Source: Candidatus Binataceae bacterium
GTDB taxonomy: Bacteria; Desulfobacterota; Binatia; Binatales; Binataceae
Length of the DNA: 64,000 nt
Assembly: GCA_035541875.1 (NCBI GenBank)
Contig: DATKML010000034.1
Span: 56,367-120,366 of the forward strand
Reading direction: 5' to 3'
The notes beneath the pieces were generated by a model. It searched no databases and was not told the DNA's origin. It worked only from the letters and a program-made list of their open reading frames with translations. Positions 31,358 to 41,532 of the stretch are shown here, in pieces (the first letter of the stretch is position 1; each line of letters opens with the position of its first letter). The translations under genes and the position numbers were made by a program.

Positions 31358-31385
31358 TTGCAATCCTAGCCGATCCTGCTAATCT
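31358..31385 (+). promoter_or_regulatory. Putative sigma70-type groESL promoter (-35 TTGCAA, 16-nt spacer, -10 TAATCT) immediately upstream of CIRCE.
   Basis: The hexamer spacing fits, and its position relative to CIRCE matches classical HrcA-controlled promoters. The hexamers themselves are imperfect. Confidence 0.4.
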
Positions 31386-31389
31386 TTCG

Positions 31390-31416
31390 TTGGCACTCGA
31401 CTCTCGCGAGTGCCAA
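31390..31416 (+). promoter_or_regulatory. CIRCE inverted repeat (HrcA operator).
   Basis: The sequence TTGGCACTC-N9-GAGTGCCAA is a perfect 9-bp inverted repeat with a 9-nt spacer. It matches the TTAGCACTC-N9-GAGTGCTAA consensus and lies about 100 nt upstream of groES. Confidence 0.85.
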
Positions 31417-31519
31417 TTGACAAATCCGAAATCGTGATTAACTTACCCGCGGGGAAATTGGTTATCCCCGCAAATTAGACCAAAAACACAAAGAGCAAGT
31501 AGGAGGCTCGGGTCCGCTC

Positions 31520-31810
31520 ATGGACAAAATCAGGCCGTTGGGTGATCGCATCCTGGTGAAGCGAATCAAAGAAGAAGAGAAGACGAAGGGCGGGATCATC
31601 ATCCCGGATACTGCCAAGGAGAAGCCGCAGGAAGGCAAGATCGTTGCGGTTGGCAAAGGCAAGAAGACCGAAGAGGGCAGCGTGATTCCGCTGGAAGTTA
31701 AGGCGGGCGATCGTATCCTGTTCGGTAAGTACTCCGGCAGCGAAATCAAAATCGAAGGCGAAGATCTTCTGATTATGCGCGAGGACGATATCCTCGGCGT
31801 CCTCGAATAA
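31520..31810 (+). CDS. groS: Co-chaperonin GroES.
   Basis: It is 96 aa, begins [15 protein letters not shown] and has the mobile loop. AGGAGG lies upstream. Confidence 0.97.
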   Translation: MDKIRPLGDRILVKRIKEEEKTKGGIIIPDTAKEKPQEGKIVAVGKGKKTEEGSVIPLEVKAGDRILFGKYSGSEIKIEGEDLLIMREDDILGVLE

Positions 31811-31835
31811 GCGCCTACCAAGCGTAAATCACTGA

Positions 31836-33497
<1,662 letters not shown>

Positions 33498-33542
33498 CAA
33501 CTGACTGGCAAACTCCCGGCTAAACCGGGAGCGCAACTGACA

Positions 33543-33588
33543 GGCGGGAGTGAGTACTTGAGGTATTCACTCCCGCTTCCTTTTTATC
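33543..33588 (+). terminator. Terminator hairpin after groEL, preceded by a second 7-bp hairpin at 33513-33531.
   Basis: The hairpin is GCGGGAGTGA-loop-TCACTCCCGC followed by TTCCTTTTTAT. Confidence 0.6.
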
Positions 33589-33807
33589 ACCGGTTAGTCG
33601 AATGCCTTCCGGACGGCAGCACCGTTACCAGCTAGCCTAGGATGGCCAACGTCCGTGTTGGGATAACGTTAAGCGTCGATATAACCGAAATCGTGCAGCT
33701 ATCTAGTGAATAATGCCAATTTCTCACCTGATTTTGACGTGTCCGCAGTGGTACGCAACGTGCTCTAAGAATCTATGGACTTATCATCATAAGGCGGAGA
33801 TTTTCGA

Positions 33808-34302
33808 ATGAAACGACTAGCGATATCCTGGCTAACGCTACTCCTAGTAGCATCTGCTATTCCTGCATTAGCGCAGACGCCTAATCCGAGAGCCGAGGCG
33901 GAATGGCAGCACTATCTGACGAAGCATCCGGGGCTGCAGCAACATCCGGAATGGTTGTTGAATCAGAACTTCCTGAACGAACATCCCAACATGACGAAGT
34001 GGCTGCAGGAGCATCCGGCGGTCTACAAGCAAGCACGCCAGCAAGGCATGTGGGACAATCAAGGACGCTGGCACGACGCTCAGTGGTGGCGTCAAAACGA
34101 CCCCAAGGCCGTAGCCCAATATCATCCGAATTGGGCGCATGAACATGAAGCTGAAGCCGAACCTGCGAAGGGAGACGGCGACTGGGACGAGCACCATCAT
34201 TGGCGGGCTCGCGAATGGTGGGTAGAACATCACCACGAGTGGACGGAAAAGCATCATCCTGAGTGGATGCAGTCAAATCAGCCGCCCCCGGCCCAGCACT
34301 AA
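33808..34302 (+). CDS. Secreted His/Trp-rich repeat protein, hypothetical (possible periplasmic metal-binding protein).
   Basis: The signal peptide is MKRLAISWLTLLLVASAIPALA. HPEW/HPNW/HHHEW motifs are repeated. The RBS is AAGGCGGAG. The region reads visibly lower in GC than its neighbours. Confidence 0.55.
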   Translation: MKRLAISWLTLLLVASAIPALAQTPNPRAEAEWQHYLTKHPGLQQHPEWLLNQNFLNEHPNMTKWLQEHPAVYKQARQQGMWDNQGRWHDAQWWRQNDPKAVAQYHPNWAHEHEAEAEPAKGDGDWDEHHHWRAREWWVEHHHEWTEKHHPEWMQSNQPPPAQH

Positions 34303-34317
34303 AGTAGAGCAGTAATG

Positions 34318-34355
34318 GAAGGCGCGCACTGGTCTGAGAACCGGTGCGCGCCTTC
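34318..34355. terminator. Long near-perfect hairpin between convergent genes (candidate bidirectional terminator).
   Basis: GAAGGCGCGCAC pairs with GTGCGCGCCTTC over 12 bp, and inner pairing extends the stem to about 18 bp. It lies between the stop of 33808-34302 (+) and the stop of glpX (-). Confidence 0.55.
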
Positions 34356-34370
34356 GCGTTGCTCAATGGT

Positions 34371-35324
34371 CTAATATTCGGGCTTAAAGTCGAAGTGATG
34401 GATCGATTCGATGAAGCGGACCGTGCGGGTCTTCGAGCGCATCACGACGCTGTTCGTCTGAGCGCCGCCGGAGAAAAAGCGCACGCCGCGCAGGTAGTCA
34501 CCAGTGGTCACGCCCGTCGCCGCGAACATCACATTGTCACCGGCCAATTCTTCGAGCATGAACTTGCGGCGCAGATCGAGGATTCCGGCCGCGAGACAGG
34601 CTTCAACCTCGCGCTCATCGCGGGGAGTGAAGCGGCATTGCATCTCACCACCAGCGGAGCGAATCGCTGCGGCGGCCAGCACGCCCTGATGCGCTCCGCC
34701 CACGCCGATCAATAAATCGATTTCGCTTTCCGGACGGGTCGTCGCGATCGCGGCGGAAAGATCACCAGCGGTCAGCAGCTTGATACCCGCGCCGGCCTGC
34801 CGAATCTCGGCAATCAGCTTGTCGTGGCGCGGACGATCGAGAATCGCGACGCGCAGGTCCTCGACGTAAACCTTCTTGGCCTCGGCCAACGCGCGCAGGT
34901 TATCACTGGGCGATTTATCGAGATCGATCACGCCGCGACCGATAGGTCCGGAGGCGATCTTATCCATATAGGTATCGGGGCAACGGAGAAGCTTGCCGCG
35001 TTCGGCCAGCGCTACGCATGAGAGCGCGTTGGGCCCACCGGTCGCGCAGATAAGCGGACCTTCGAGCGCGTCGAGCGCGAGGTCAACTTCCGGGCCTGCG
35101 CCGGTGCCGACGATCTCTTCGGTATAAAGAAGCTCAGCGCTGCCGCGCGGACCCTCGCCCACGATGATCTTGCCGTCGAAGGCGATTGAGTTGAGCGTAT
35201 TGCGCATCGCTTCGGCGGCGACGCGATCAGCTGCTTGCTCGTCGCCTTTGCCGATAAAACGAGCCGCGGCAAGAGCGGCAGCCTCGGTCGCGCGGACGAC
35301 CTCGAGCGCAAGATTTCGTTCCAT
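34371..35324 (-). CDS. glpX: Fructose-1,6-bisphosphatase class II.
   Basis: The 317-aa GlpX family sequence is alignable along its whole length. Confidence 0.85.
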   Translation of the reverse strand: MERNLALEVVRATEAAALAAARFIGKGDEQAADRVAAEAMRNTLNSIAFDGKIIVGEGPRGSAELLYTEEIVGTGAGPEVDLALDALEGPLICATGGPNALSCVALAERGKLLRCPDTYMDKIASGPIGRGVIDLDKSPSDNLRALAEAKKVYVEDLRVAILDRPRHDKLIAEIRQAGAGIKLLTAGDLSAAIATTRPESEIDLLIGVGGAHQGVLAAAAIRSAGGEMQCRFTPRDEREVEACLAAGILDLRRKFMLEELAGDNVMFAATGVTTGDYLRGVRFFSGGAQTNSVVMRSKTRTVRFIESIHHFDFKPEY

Positions 35325-35335
35325 GATGCGTCCCC

Positions 35336-36559
35336 TTAGCTTTGCGGCAAAGCAGCACCGAAGAGTGCGTCGATTAGACGATAGCCCACCGTCACGACCA
35401 CCTTGGCCTGCTTGGCGTCAGCCTCAGTATAACGCCTCCGGTTTGCAGAGTCGTTACGTAGAGCTTTGCCATCGAGCAGCGCAAAGGGCACCGGCTCAGG
35501 AGCGTGCGTCTTGAGCTTCGACGGCGTCGCATGATCGGGCATCAGCAGGAGGCGGAAATCGCCGAAGGACGGCAACTCTTTCAGCATCGGTCCGAGGATC
35601 AGCTCATCGATCCGCTCAATCGCTTCGGCTTTGAGATCCGCGCGACCCATGTGGCCAGCCTCGTCAGGAGCCTCGACGTGCAGGATCAGAAAATCGCGTT
35701 CCTTCAGAGACGCAAGACCGTAACGCCCCTTGGCGGCGTAATCAGTATCGAGAAATCCGGTCGCACCGGGAACTGTAATGACATTGAGACCAGCCAAGCG
35801 GCCCAGGCCGTTCACCAGATCGACGGCAGAGATAACGGAACCATCAACGCCGAAACGATCCTTAAGCGTCGGCACCTGAGGTTTCTTGCCCTGCCCCCAA
35901 AACCAGGCGGAGGTTGCTTGCGGCTTACCCGCATCGCGGCGAGCGCGATTCACCGGATGGTCACGCAGAATTTCGGCCGCATCGCGGCGGATCTTCTCGA
36001 GACGATCGGCACCCGGACCGGACGGCAGATGCGACTCGATCGATTGCCCGGTGATATCGTGCGGCGGGGTCAGCTTCGCACCGTTGATTCCGCCGCGCCA
36101 TACCATCAGATGGCGATAGCTGACCCCGTTGTGGAACTCAATACCGTTGCCGCTGAGCGCACGGCTGATATCCGCAACAATCTGACCGGATTCTTCGCTC
36201 ATGATATGGCCGGAGGTGAAGTCCCCCATGATCATCGAGCCACTGTCGCCAGGCTTCAACGTCACCAGATTCATCCGAAAGACGACGTCATCGGGACCCA
36301 GTTCGATTCCCATGCTCGCGGCTTCGATCGGCGCGCGGCCGGTATGGTAGCGCGCGGGATCGTAGCCGAGCATCGTCATCGTGCCGACGTCGCTACCGGG
36401 CGGCATCCCTGCCGGAATCGTAGCGACCAACCCAAGCTGCCCGCAGGAAGCAATCCGATCCATGTTGGGTTTGCGCGCGGCTTCGAGCGGAGTCTTGCCG
36501 CCGAGTTCATCGCAGGGCCAATCGGCCATCCCGTCGCCGTGGAGGATGATGTATTTCAT
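35336..36559 (-). CDS. Archaeal-type cofactor-independent phosphoglycerate mutase homolog (ApgM family); a candidate non-orthologous homoserine kinase.
   Basis: It is 407 aa, begins MKYIILHGDGMAD and has alkaline-phosphatase-superfamily metal ligands. It sits about 1 kb downstream of thrC-hom and no thrB is present in the window. Confidence 0.8.
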   Translation of the reverse strand: MKYIILHGDGMADWPCDELGGKTPLEAARKPNMDRIASCGQLGLVATIPAGMPPGSDVGTMTMLGYDPARYHTGRAPIEAASMGIELGPDDVVFRMNLVTLKPGDSGSMIMGDFTSGHIMSEESGQIVADISRALSGNGIEFHNGVSYRHLMVWRGGINGAKLTPPHDITGQSIESHLPSGPGADRLEKIRRDAAEILRDHPVNRARRDAGKPQATSAWFWGQGKKPQVPTLKDRFGVDGSVISAVDLVNGLGRLAGLNVITVPGATGFLDTDYAAKGRYGLASLKERDFLILHVEAPDEAGHMGRADLKAEAIERIDELILGPMLKELPSFGDFRLLLMPDHATPSKLKTHAPEPVPFALLDGKALRNDSANRRRYTEADAKQAKVVVTVGYRLIDALFGAALPQS

Positions 36560-37289
36560 GTCTCCTTAATTTGCCGCGATTTTATTGAGCTTTTCGGCAT
36601 CGTACACCATTTCCGCTCTCTGTTCACACACTTACTAATGGCGTAAGGCCATCTCATTCAAAAGTTGCAGAAACGCGGACGCAGATTTTCCGGTTAGCAA
36701 AAACGTAAATTCTTGCCGCAGATGCTACTCATAGGTAGTATATGCACAAGTTTAGAGATGATTGTTGTAAGAAAATATTGTTTTCGCAACTTAAAGCATC
36801 TCTCACTCGCACTGATATGTGTGGTTGTGCTGTGTCGGCCTTGGCTCATTGCTGTGCAGACGATCACCGATGAGGAACAAGGGCACTCGCTACAATCGAT
36901 TCTTGTTGACTCTCATCTATCGGTGCTCAAAGCGGCGCGGCGGCGGCCGATAGCCTTCGCCGCGACCAAACCCAATACCACGTTAATCGCTATCGCGATT
37001 GCCACGACTAATCGGCGGGTGGCGTCGAGTGTCCGACGCTTTGCGCCCTATCCGATTGTCGGCTTTCCGCTCGCCAGCAAGCTTCCATCAGGCTTTGCCC
37101 CGCGCCCGCCGCCTGTTCTGGCTTAGTCCCAAGCTTAATAAGAACAGTTCGATGTAAGTGCGCTTGGGTTTTGTGCCCTCGCGCCGAGGTGTGAGCGTCT
37201 ACGCTGCTGACCTTTGTCCAGCGCCGGAATTCGCTCAGGGTAATCGTGCACAGTGTCTTACCTGTGGCACGCCTGATGGAGATCTATCG

Positions 37290-37484
37290 ATGAAAGCTAT
37301 TATTGCACTCTATGTGCGAGTTCGAGAATCAATGAAGCGACTGGAAAAGGGCCAGACGATGACTGAGTATGCACTGATTATGGCCGCCGTCGCCGTAGTG
37401 GTGTTCGTGACATATCAGAAGATGGGTCAGAATATTGGATCGCTCGTGAACAAGATCAATACCGATCTGACGACCGCGAGTTAG
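37290..37484 (+). CDS. Flp/Fap family type IVb pilin (prepilin).
   Basis: The leader ends ...MKRLEKG, followed by QTMTEYALIMAAVAVVVFVTY, the Flp processing motif plus a hydrophobic helix. Alternative start ATGs are at 37290 (GGAG upstream) and 37332. It is an orphan, with no tad genes nearby. Confidence 0.6.
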   Translation: MKAIIALYVRVRESMKRLEKGQTMTEYALIMAAVAVVVFVTYQKMGQNIGSLVNKINTDLTTAS

Positions 37485-37537
37485 TATCAGTAGTATATGT
37501 TTGCGAAGAGCCCTCGGTGGAGACGCCGGGGGCTCTT

Positions 37538-37596
37538 CGCTTCGCGTAGATCCTTAGACGCGTCTCGCGATACTCGCTGGCTCAGGATGACAAATG
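37538..37596 (-). repeat. Miniature dispersed repeat, copy 2 (inverted relative to copy 1).
   Basis: The reverse complement reads CATTTGTCATCCTGAGCC...AGACGCGTCT palindrome...AAGGATCTACGCGAAGCG. It fills the convergent gap between flp and thrC. Confidence 0.75.
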
Positions 37597-37605
37597 AGCT
37601 ATCTA

Positions 37606-38706
37606 TCAGCTCTCCAGAATCTTGATGACCTTGTCGATATCCGGTTCGACCACCAGCGTGTTGCTGAGATTCTTGAGTGCCGTATCCGGATCTTTCAGGC
37701 CGTGGCCGGTCAGTGTGCAGACCGCGACCGAGCCAGGCTTCAGTCCGCCTGCCGCACTGTACTTGAGCAGGCCAGCGACCGACGTCGCCGATGCGGGCTC
37801 GGCGAACACCCCCTGCGATGCGATCAATCGATAGGCCGCGAGAATCTCGGCGTCGGTAACCATATCGATAACACCGCCGGACTCGTCGCGCGCGTTGGTC
37901 GCGCCCTTCCAGCTAGCGGGATTGCCGATCTTGATCGCGGTGGCGACGGTATGCGGATCGTCGATCGGATGGCCGAGCACGATCGGAGCTGATTCCGCCG
38001 CCTGATAGCCCATCATCTTGGGCAAACGCTCGGAGAGCTTCTCAGCCTTATATTCCTGGTATCCCGCCCAATAGGCAGTGATATTGCCGGCGTTACCGAC
38101 CGGAAGAAAATGATGCGTCGGGGCGTCGCCGAGCTGATCACAAATCTCGAACGCACCGGTCTTCTGTCCGGCGATACGATCAGGATTAACGCTGTTCACG
38201 AGGCGGATACGCACCGGATCGCGCTCGGCGAGGTCGCGCACGACCTTCAGGCAGATATCGAAGTTGCCGATAATCTCGACCACGCGCGCACCATGCATCA
38301 CGCTCTGAGAGAGCTTGCCCAGCGCGACCGATCCCTTGGGAATCAGCACGTAAGCCTGGAGGCCGGCGCGGGCCGCATAGGCAGCCGCCGAAGCAGCGGT
38401 GTTGCCGGTCGAGGCGCAGATGACCTTCTTGGCGCCCTCGCCCAGCGCCTTGCTCATCGCGACGGTCATCCCGCGATCTTTGAAGGAGCCGGTCGGATTC
38501 GCGCCCTCGAACTTGAGATAGACTTTGACACCGCTACCAACGCGCTCAGCAAGCGCGGGGCTTTCAATAAGGGGCGTGTTGCCTTCGTTGAGAGTGACGA
38601 CCGGAGTCGCCTCGGTGACCGGCAGGAAGCGGCGATAGTGCTCGATCAATCCGGGCCATCGCGTGAGGCGATTATTCGAAGAGGGTTTTTGCGTTTTCGG
38701 CGGCAT
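37606..38706 (-). CDS. thrC: Threonine synthase.
   Basis: It has the PLP-dependent fold-type II core with GNPTGSFKDRG containing the Lys. Confidence 0.9.
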   Translation of the reverse strand: MPPKTQKPSSNNRLTRWPGLIEHYRRFLPVTEATPVVTLNEGNTPLIESPALAERVGSGVKVYLKFEGANPTGSFKDRGMTVAMSKALGEGAKKVICASTGNTAASAAAYAARAGLQAYVLIPKGSVALGKLSQSVMHGARVVEIIGNFDICLKVVRDLAERDPVRIRLVNSVNPDRIAGQKTGAFEICDQLGDAPTHHFLPVGNAGNITAYWAGYQEYKAEKLSERLPKMMGYQAAESAPIVLGHPIDDPHTVATAIKIGNPASWKGATNARDESGGVIDMVTDAEILAAYRLIASQGVFAEPASATSVAGLLKYSAAGGLKPGSVAVCTLTGHGLKDPDTALKNLSNTLVVEPDIDKVIKILES

Positions 38707-38794
38707 TCGTTTTTACGTCCGTAGTATGGAGAGCTTCGCCATTCCGGTAATCGGTACCGGCTGCACTTGCCATCAAGCGCTCACGCGCGTGATG

Positions 38795-38860
38795 GCTCGC
38801 GAAGCAATCCGAGATTCTTCGCTGCGCCCGCGCTGCTCGCTTCGCTCAGAATGACAAAAT
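38795..38860 (-). repeat. Miniature dispersed repeat, copy 3 (more diverged).
   Basis: The reverse complement reads TTTTGTCATTCTGAGCGAAGCGAG...CGAAGAATCTC. It lies in the thrC-hom intergenic spacer. Confidence 0.65.
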
Positions 38861-38874
38861 CGGACCATCCTGCC

Positions 38875-40194
38875 TCATAGGTCCTCTTCGATGCGAATAA
38901 AAGCGGGCGGGCCTTCGATCATCTTGAGCCGGCTGATCGCAGTCAGTGCTCGACGGAGATTCCGCTCACGCGCCTGATGGGTCCGCATAATTACCGGCAC
39001 AGTCTTCTCGACGGCGCGCTCCTGCTGAATCACCGAAGCGATCGAGATCTGGTTGCGGCCGAGAATCGAGGCGATCGTCCCCAGCACGCCCGGCTGATCG
39101 CGCGCGGTGAAGCGCAGATAGTACTCGCATACCACGTCGTCCATCGGCTTTACACGCGCCCGCTTGACCATTGTGGGTGGATAGCCGAGCGGAGGTGCCG
39201 CAGCACTCGATTCAGCGCGGCGGTGACGCGCAATTTCGAGGATATCGGCGACGACAGCAGTTGCCGTCGGCATCATGCCGGCACCACGACCGTAATACAT
39301 ACTCGCGCCCAGCGCCTCGCTATGCACGTAGATCGCGTTGAAAGCACCAACGACGCTAGCCAGCAGATGGCGCGTGCGGATCATCGTCGGATGAACCCGC
39401 GCCTCAATCTTGCCGCTGTCGTCCTTGGCGATCGCGAGCAGCTTAATCGTGTAGCCGAGCTCGCGGGCGTAGTCGATATCGGCACGGCTCACGCGGCTGA
39501 TACCCTCGGTATAAACCTGCGCGGGCTTGAGGCTTACGCCGAAGGCGAGCGTCACGAGCAGACAGAGCTTATGTGCGGCGTCGTGCCCCTCGATATCGAG
39601 CGTCGGATCGGCCTCAGCCAGGCCCGTGCGCTGCGCTTCCTTGAGCGCATCAGCGAACTCCGCACCCGCGTCGCTCATCATGCTGAGAATCGAGTTGCAG
39701 GTGCCGTTGACGATACCGTACACGGCTCGTTGGCGATCGCCGGCGAGTGCCTCACGCAGCGTCCGCATGATCGGAATACCGCCGCCGACGCTCGCTTCGA
39801 AGCCGATCGCGCGACCATGCTTCTGCGCCAGCTTGAACAGCTCCTCACCACATTCAGCGAGTAGTGCTTTGTTGGCGGTGACGACATCCTTGCCCGCATC
39901 CAAGGCCTGTTGAATCAGGCTATAAGCCGGTTCGATACCGCCGAACAGTTCAACCACCAGATCGACATCGTCGCGGGTGACCAGCGCCGCCGCGTCACGC
40001 GTGATTAGCTTAGCGTCGAGACCGATCGATGGATTCGGTTTGAGGCTCCGATCGGCAACCCCGGCAAGCTCGAGCGGCGCACCCAGCTTGCTCGCAAGCA
40101 TCGCCGCATTGCTGCGCAGCAGCCGAACGACTCCCTCGCCGACCGTCCCGCATCCGAGCAGGGCGATCCTGATTGGCTTGATTGTGCTCGCCAC
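38875..40194 (-). CDS. hom: Homoserine dehydrogenase with a C-terminal ACT domain.
   Basis: The NAD-binding N-terminus is IKPIRIALLGCGTVG. The start is set at a GTG that lies 4 nt after the upstream aminotransferase stop, giving a 439-aa protein. In-frame alternative starts at ATG 40239 and TTG 40296 would overlap the upstream gene. Confidence 0.75.
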   Translation of the reverse strand: MASTIKPIRIALLGCGTVGEGVVRLLRSNAAMLASKLGAPLELAGVADRSLKPNPSIGLDAKLITRDAAALVTRDDVDLVVELFGGIEPAYSLIQQALDAGKDVVTANKALLAECGEELFKLAQKHGRAIGFEASVGGGIPIMRTLREALAGDRQRAVYGIVNGTCNSILSMMSDAGAEFADALKEAQRTGLAEADPTLDIEGHDAAHKLCLLVTLAFGVSLKPAQVYTEGISRVSRADIDYARELGYTIKLLAIAKDDSGKIEARVHPTMIRTRHLLASVVGAFNAIYVHSEALGASMYYGRGAGMMPTATAVVADILEIARHRRAESSAAAPPLGYPPTMVKRARVKPMDDVVCEYYLRFTARDQPGVLGTIASILGRNQISIASVIQQERAVEKTVPVIMRTHQARERNLRRALTAISRLKMIEGPPAFIRIEEDL

Positions 40195-40198
40195 GGGA

Positions 40199-41404
40199 TC
40201 AGGAAGAGGCGGCTCGGCGCAGGCGTGGAACTTCGGCATGCGAAAGCGCCTGGCGGATACCGCGTACGGCCTGTCGCGTGCGATGTTCGTTCTCAATCAG
40301 GGCGAAGCGGACGTGGCTATCGCCGTCGGGACCAAAACCGACACCCGGCGAGACCGCGACTTTGGCTTCACTCAGCAGAAACTTTGCGAATTCAAGCGAG
40401 CCCATCGCGCGGAAAGGCTCCGGAATCGGCGCCCACACGAACATCGTCGCCTTCGGCTTTTCGACCGGCCATCCGGCGCGATTGAGGCCATTCACGAGGA
40501 CATCGCGACGCTTGCGATACATATCGACAATCTCGGTGACGCAGTCCTGCGGTCCGTTCAGGGCGGCGATCGCCGCGACCTGAACCGGCGCAAAGGTACC
40601 GTAATCGAAGTATGACTTGATCCGGGTCAGCGCTCCAATCATCTCGCGATTACCAACCGCGAAACCGACGCGCCATCCGGGCATGTTGTAGCTCTTGGAG
40701 AGGGTGAAGAACTCAACCGCCACATCACGCGCGCCGGGGATCTCCATGATCGACGGGGCTTTGTAGCCGTCAAAGCACAGGTCGGCGTACGCGAGATCGT
40801 GCACGACCAGAAGCTGGTTCTCACGAGCGAAATCGACCACCCGCTGCATGAAATTCAGATTCACAGTCGCCGTGGTCGGATTGTGCGGGAAGTTCATGAT
40901 GAGCAGCTTCGGGCGCGGCCAAGAATGGCTCATCGCAGCGGTCATTTCGTCGAAGAATTCCTCGCCACTACGCATCGGAACGCCGACGACCTGCGCCCCC
41001 GCGATAATGCATCCGTACTGATGGATCGGATAAGTCGGTGTCGGCGCAAGCACCACGTCGCCCTGATCGAGGATGGCGAGCGCCAGATGGGCGATACCCT
41101 CTTTCGATCCGATTGTGACGATCGCTTCGGAATCCGGATCGAGTTCAACGCCGTAGCGGCGTTTGTACCAATCGCAAATTGCGAGGCGCAGCTTGTAGAT
41201 ACCGCGCGACACGGAATAGCGATGGTTCGCGCCCTTGGCAGCGGCTTCAATCAGCTTATTAACGATATGGGGAGGAGTCGGCTCGTCAGGATTACCCATC
41301 CCGAAGTCGATAATGTCCTCACCGGCGCGACGGGCCTTGAGACAGAGCTCGCCGATCGCGTTGAAGACATAAGGTGGTAAGCGTTTGATTCGAGGAAATT
41401 CCAT
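40199..41404 (-). CDS. Class I/II PLP-dependent aminotransferase, AlaC-like (glutamate-pyruvate aminotransferase family).
   Basis: The N-terminus [34 protein letters not shown] and the [10 protein letters not shown] Lys motif closely resemble AlaC/YfdZ. Confidence 0.8.
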   Translation of the reverse strand: MEFPRIKRLPPYVFNAIGELCLKARRAGEDIIDFGMGNPDEPTPPHIVNKLIEAAAKGANHRYSVSRGIYKLRLAICDWYKRRYGVELDPDSEAIVTIGSKEGIAHLALAILDQGDVVLAPTPTYPIHQYGCIIAGAQVVGVPMRSGEEFFDEMTAAMSHSWPRPKLLIMNFPHNPTTATVNLNFMQRVVDFARENQLLVVHDLAYADLCFDGYKAPSIMEIPGARDVAVEFFTLSKSYNMPGWRVGFAVGNREMIGALTRIKSYFDYGTFAPVQVAAIAALNGPQDCVTEIVDMYRKRRDVLVNGLNRAGWPVEKPKATMFVWAPIPEPFRAMGSLEFAKFLLSEAKVAVSPGVGFGPDGDSHVRFALIENEHRTRQAVRGIRQALSHAEVPRLRRAASS

Positions 41405-41532
41405 TATTGTGTGCGTTCCGCCCCTGCTGACAGCCCCATAACGTCGCGGCCTACAATCTTAATCGAAGGCTAGAGTTTGCCGCTAGTGGCGAACCCAAGG
41501 AATCGATAGAGCCATCGGAGGAATCAAACTCC

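Noticed and set aside
36713-37126. 137-aa ORF in the AT-rich region upstream of flp
   Set aside because: It has no Shine-Dalgarno sequence, an odd Cys/Leu-rich N-terminus and no recognisable domain. I treat the region as non-coding and flag it in the findings instead.
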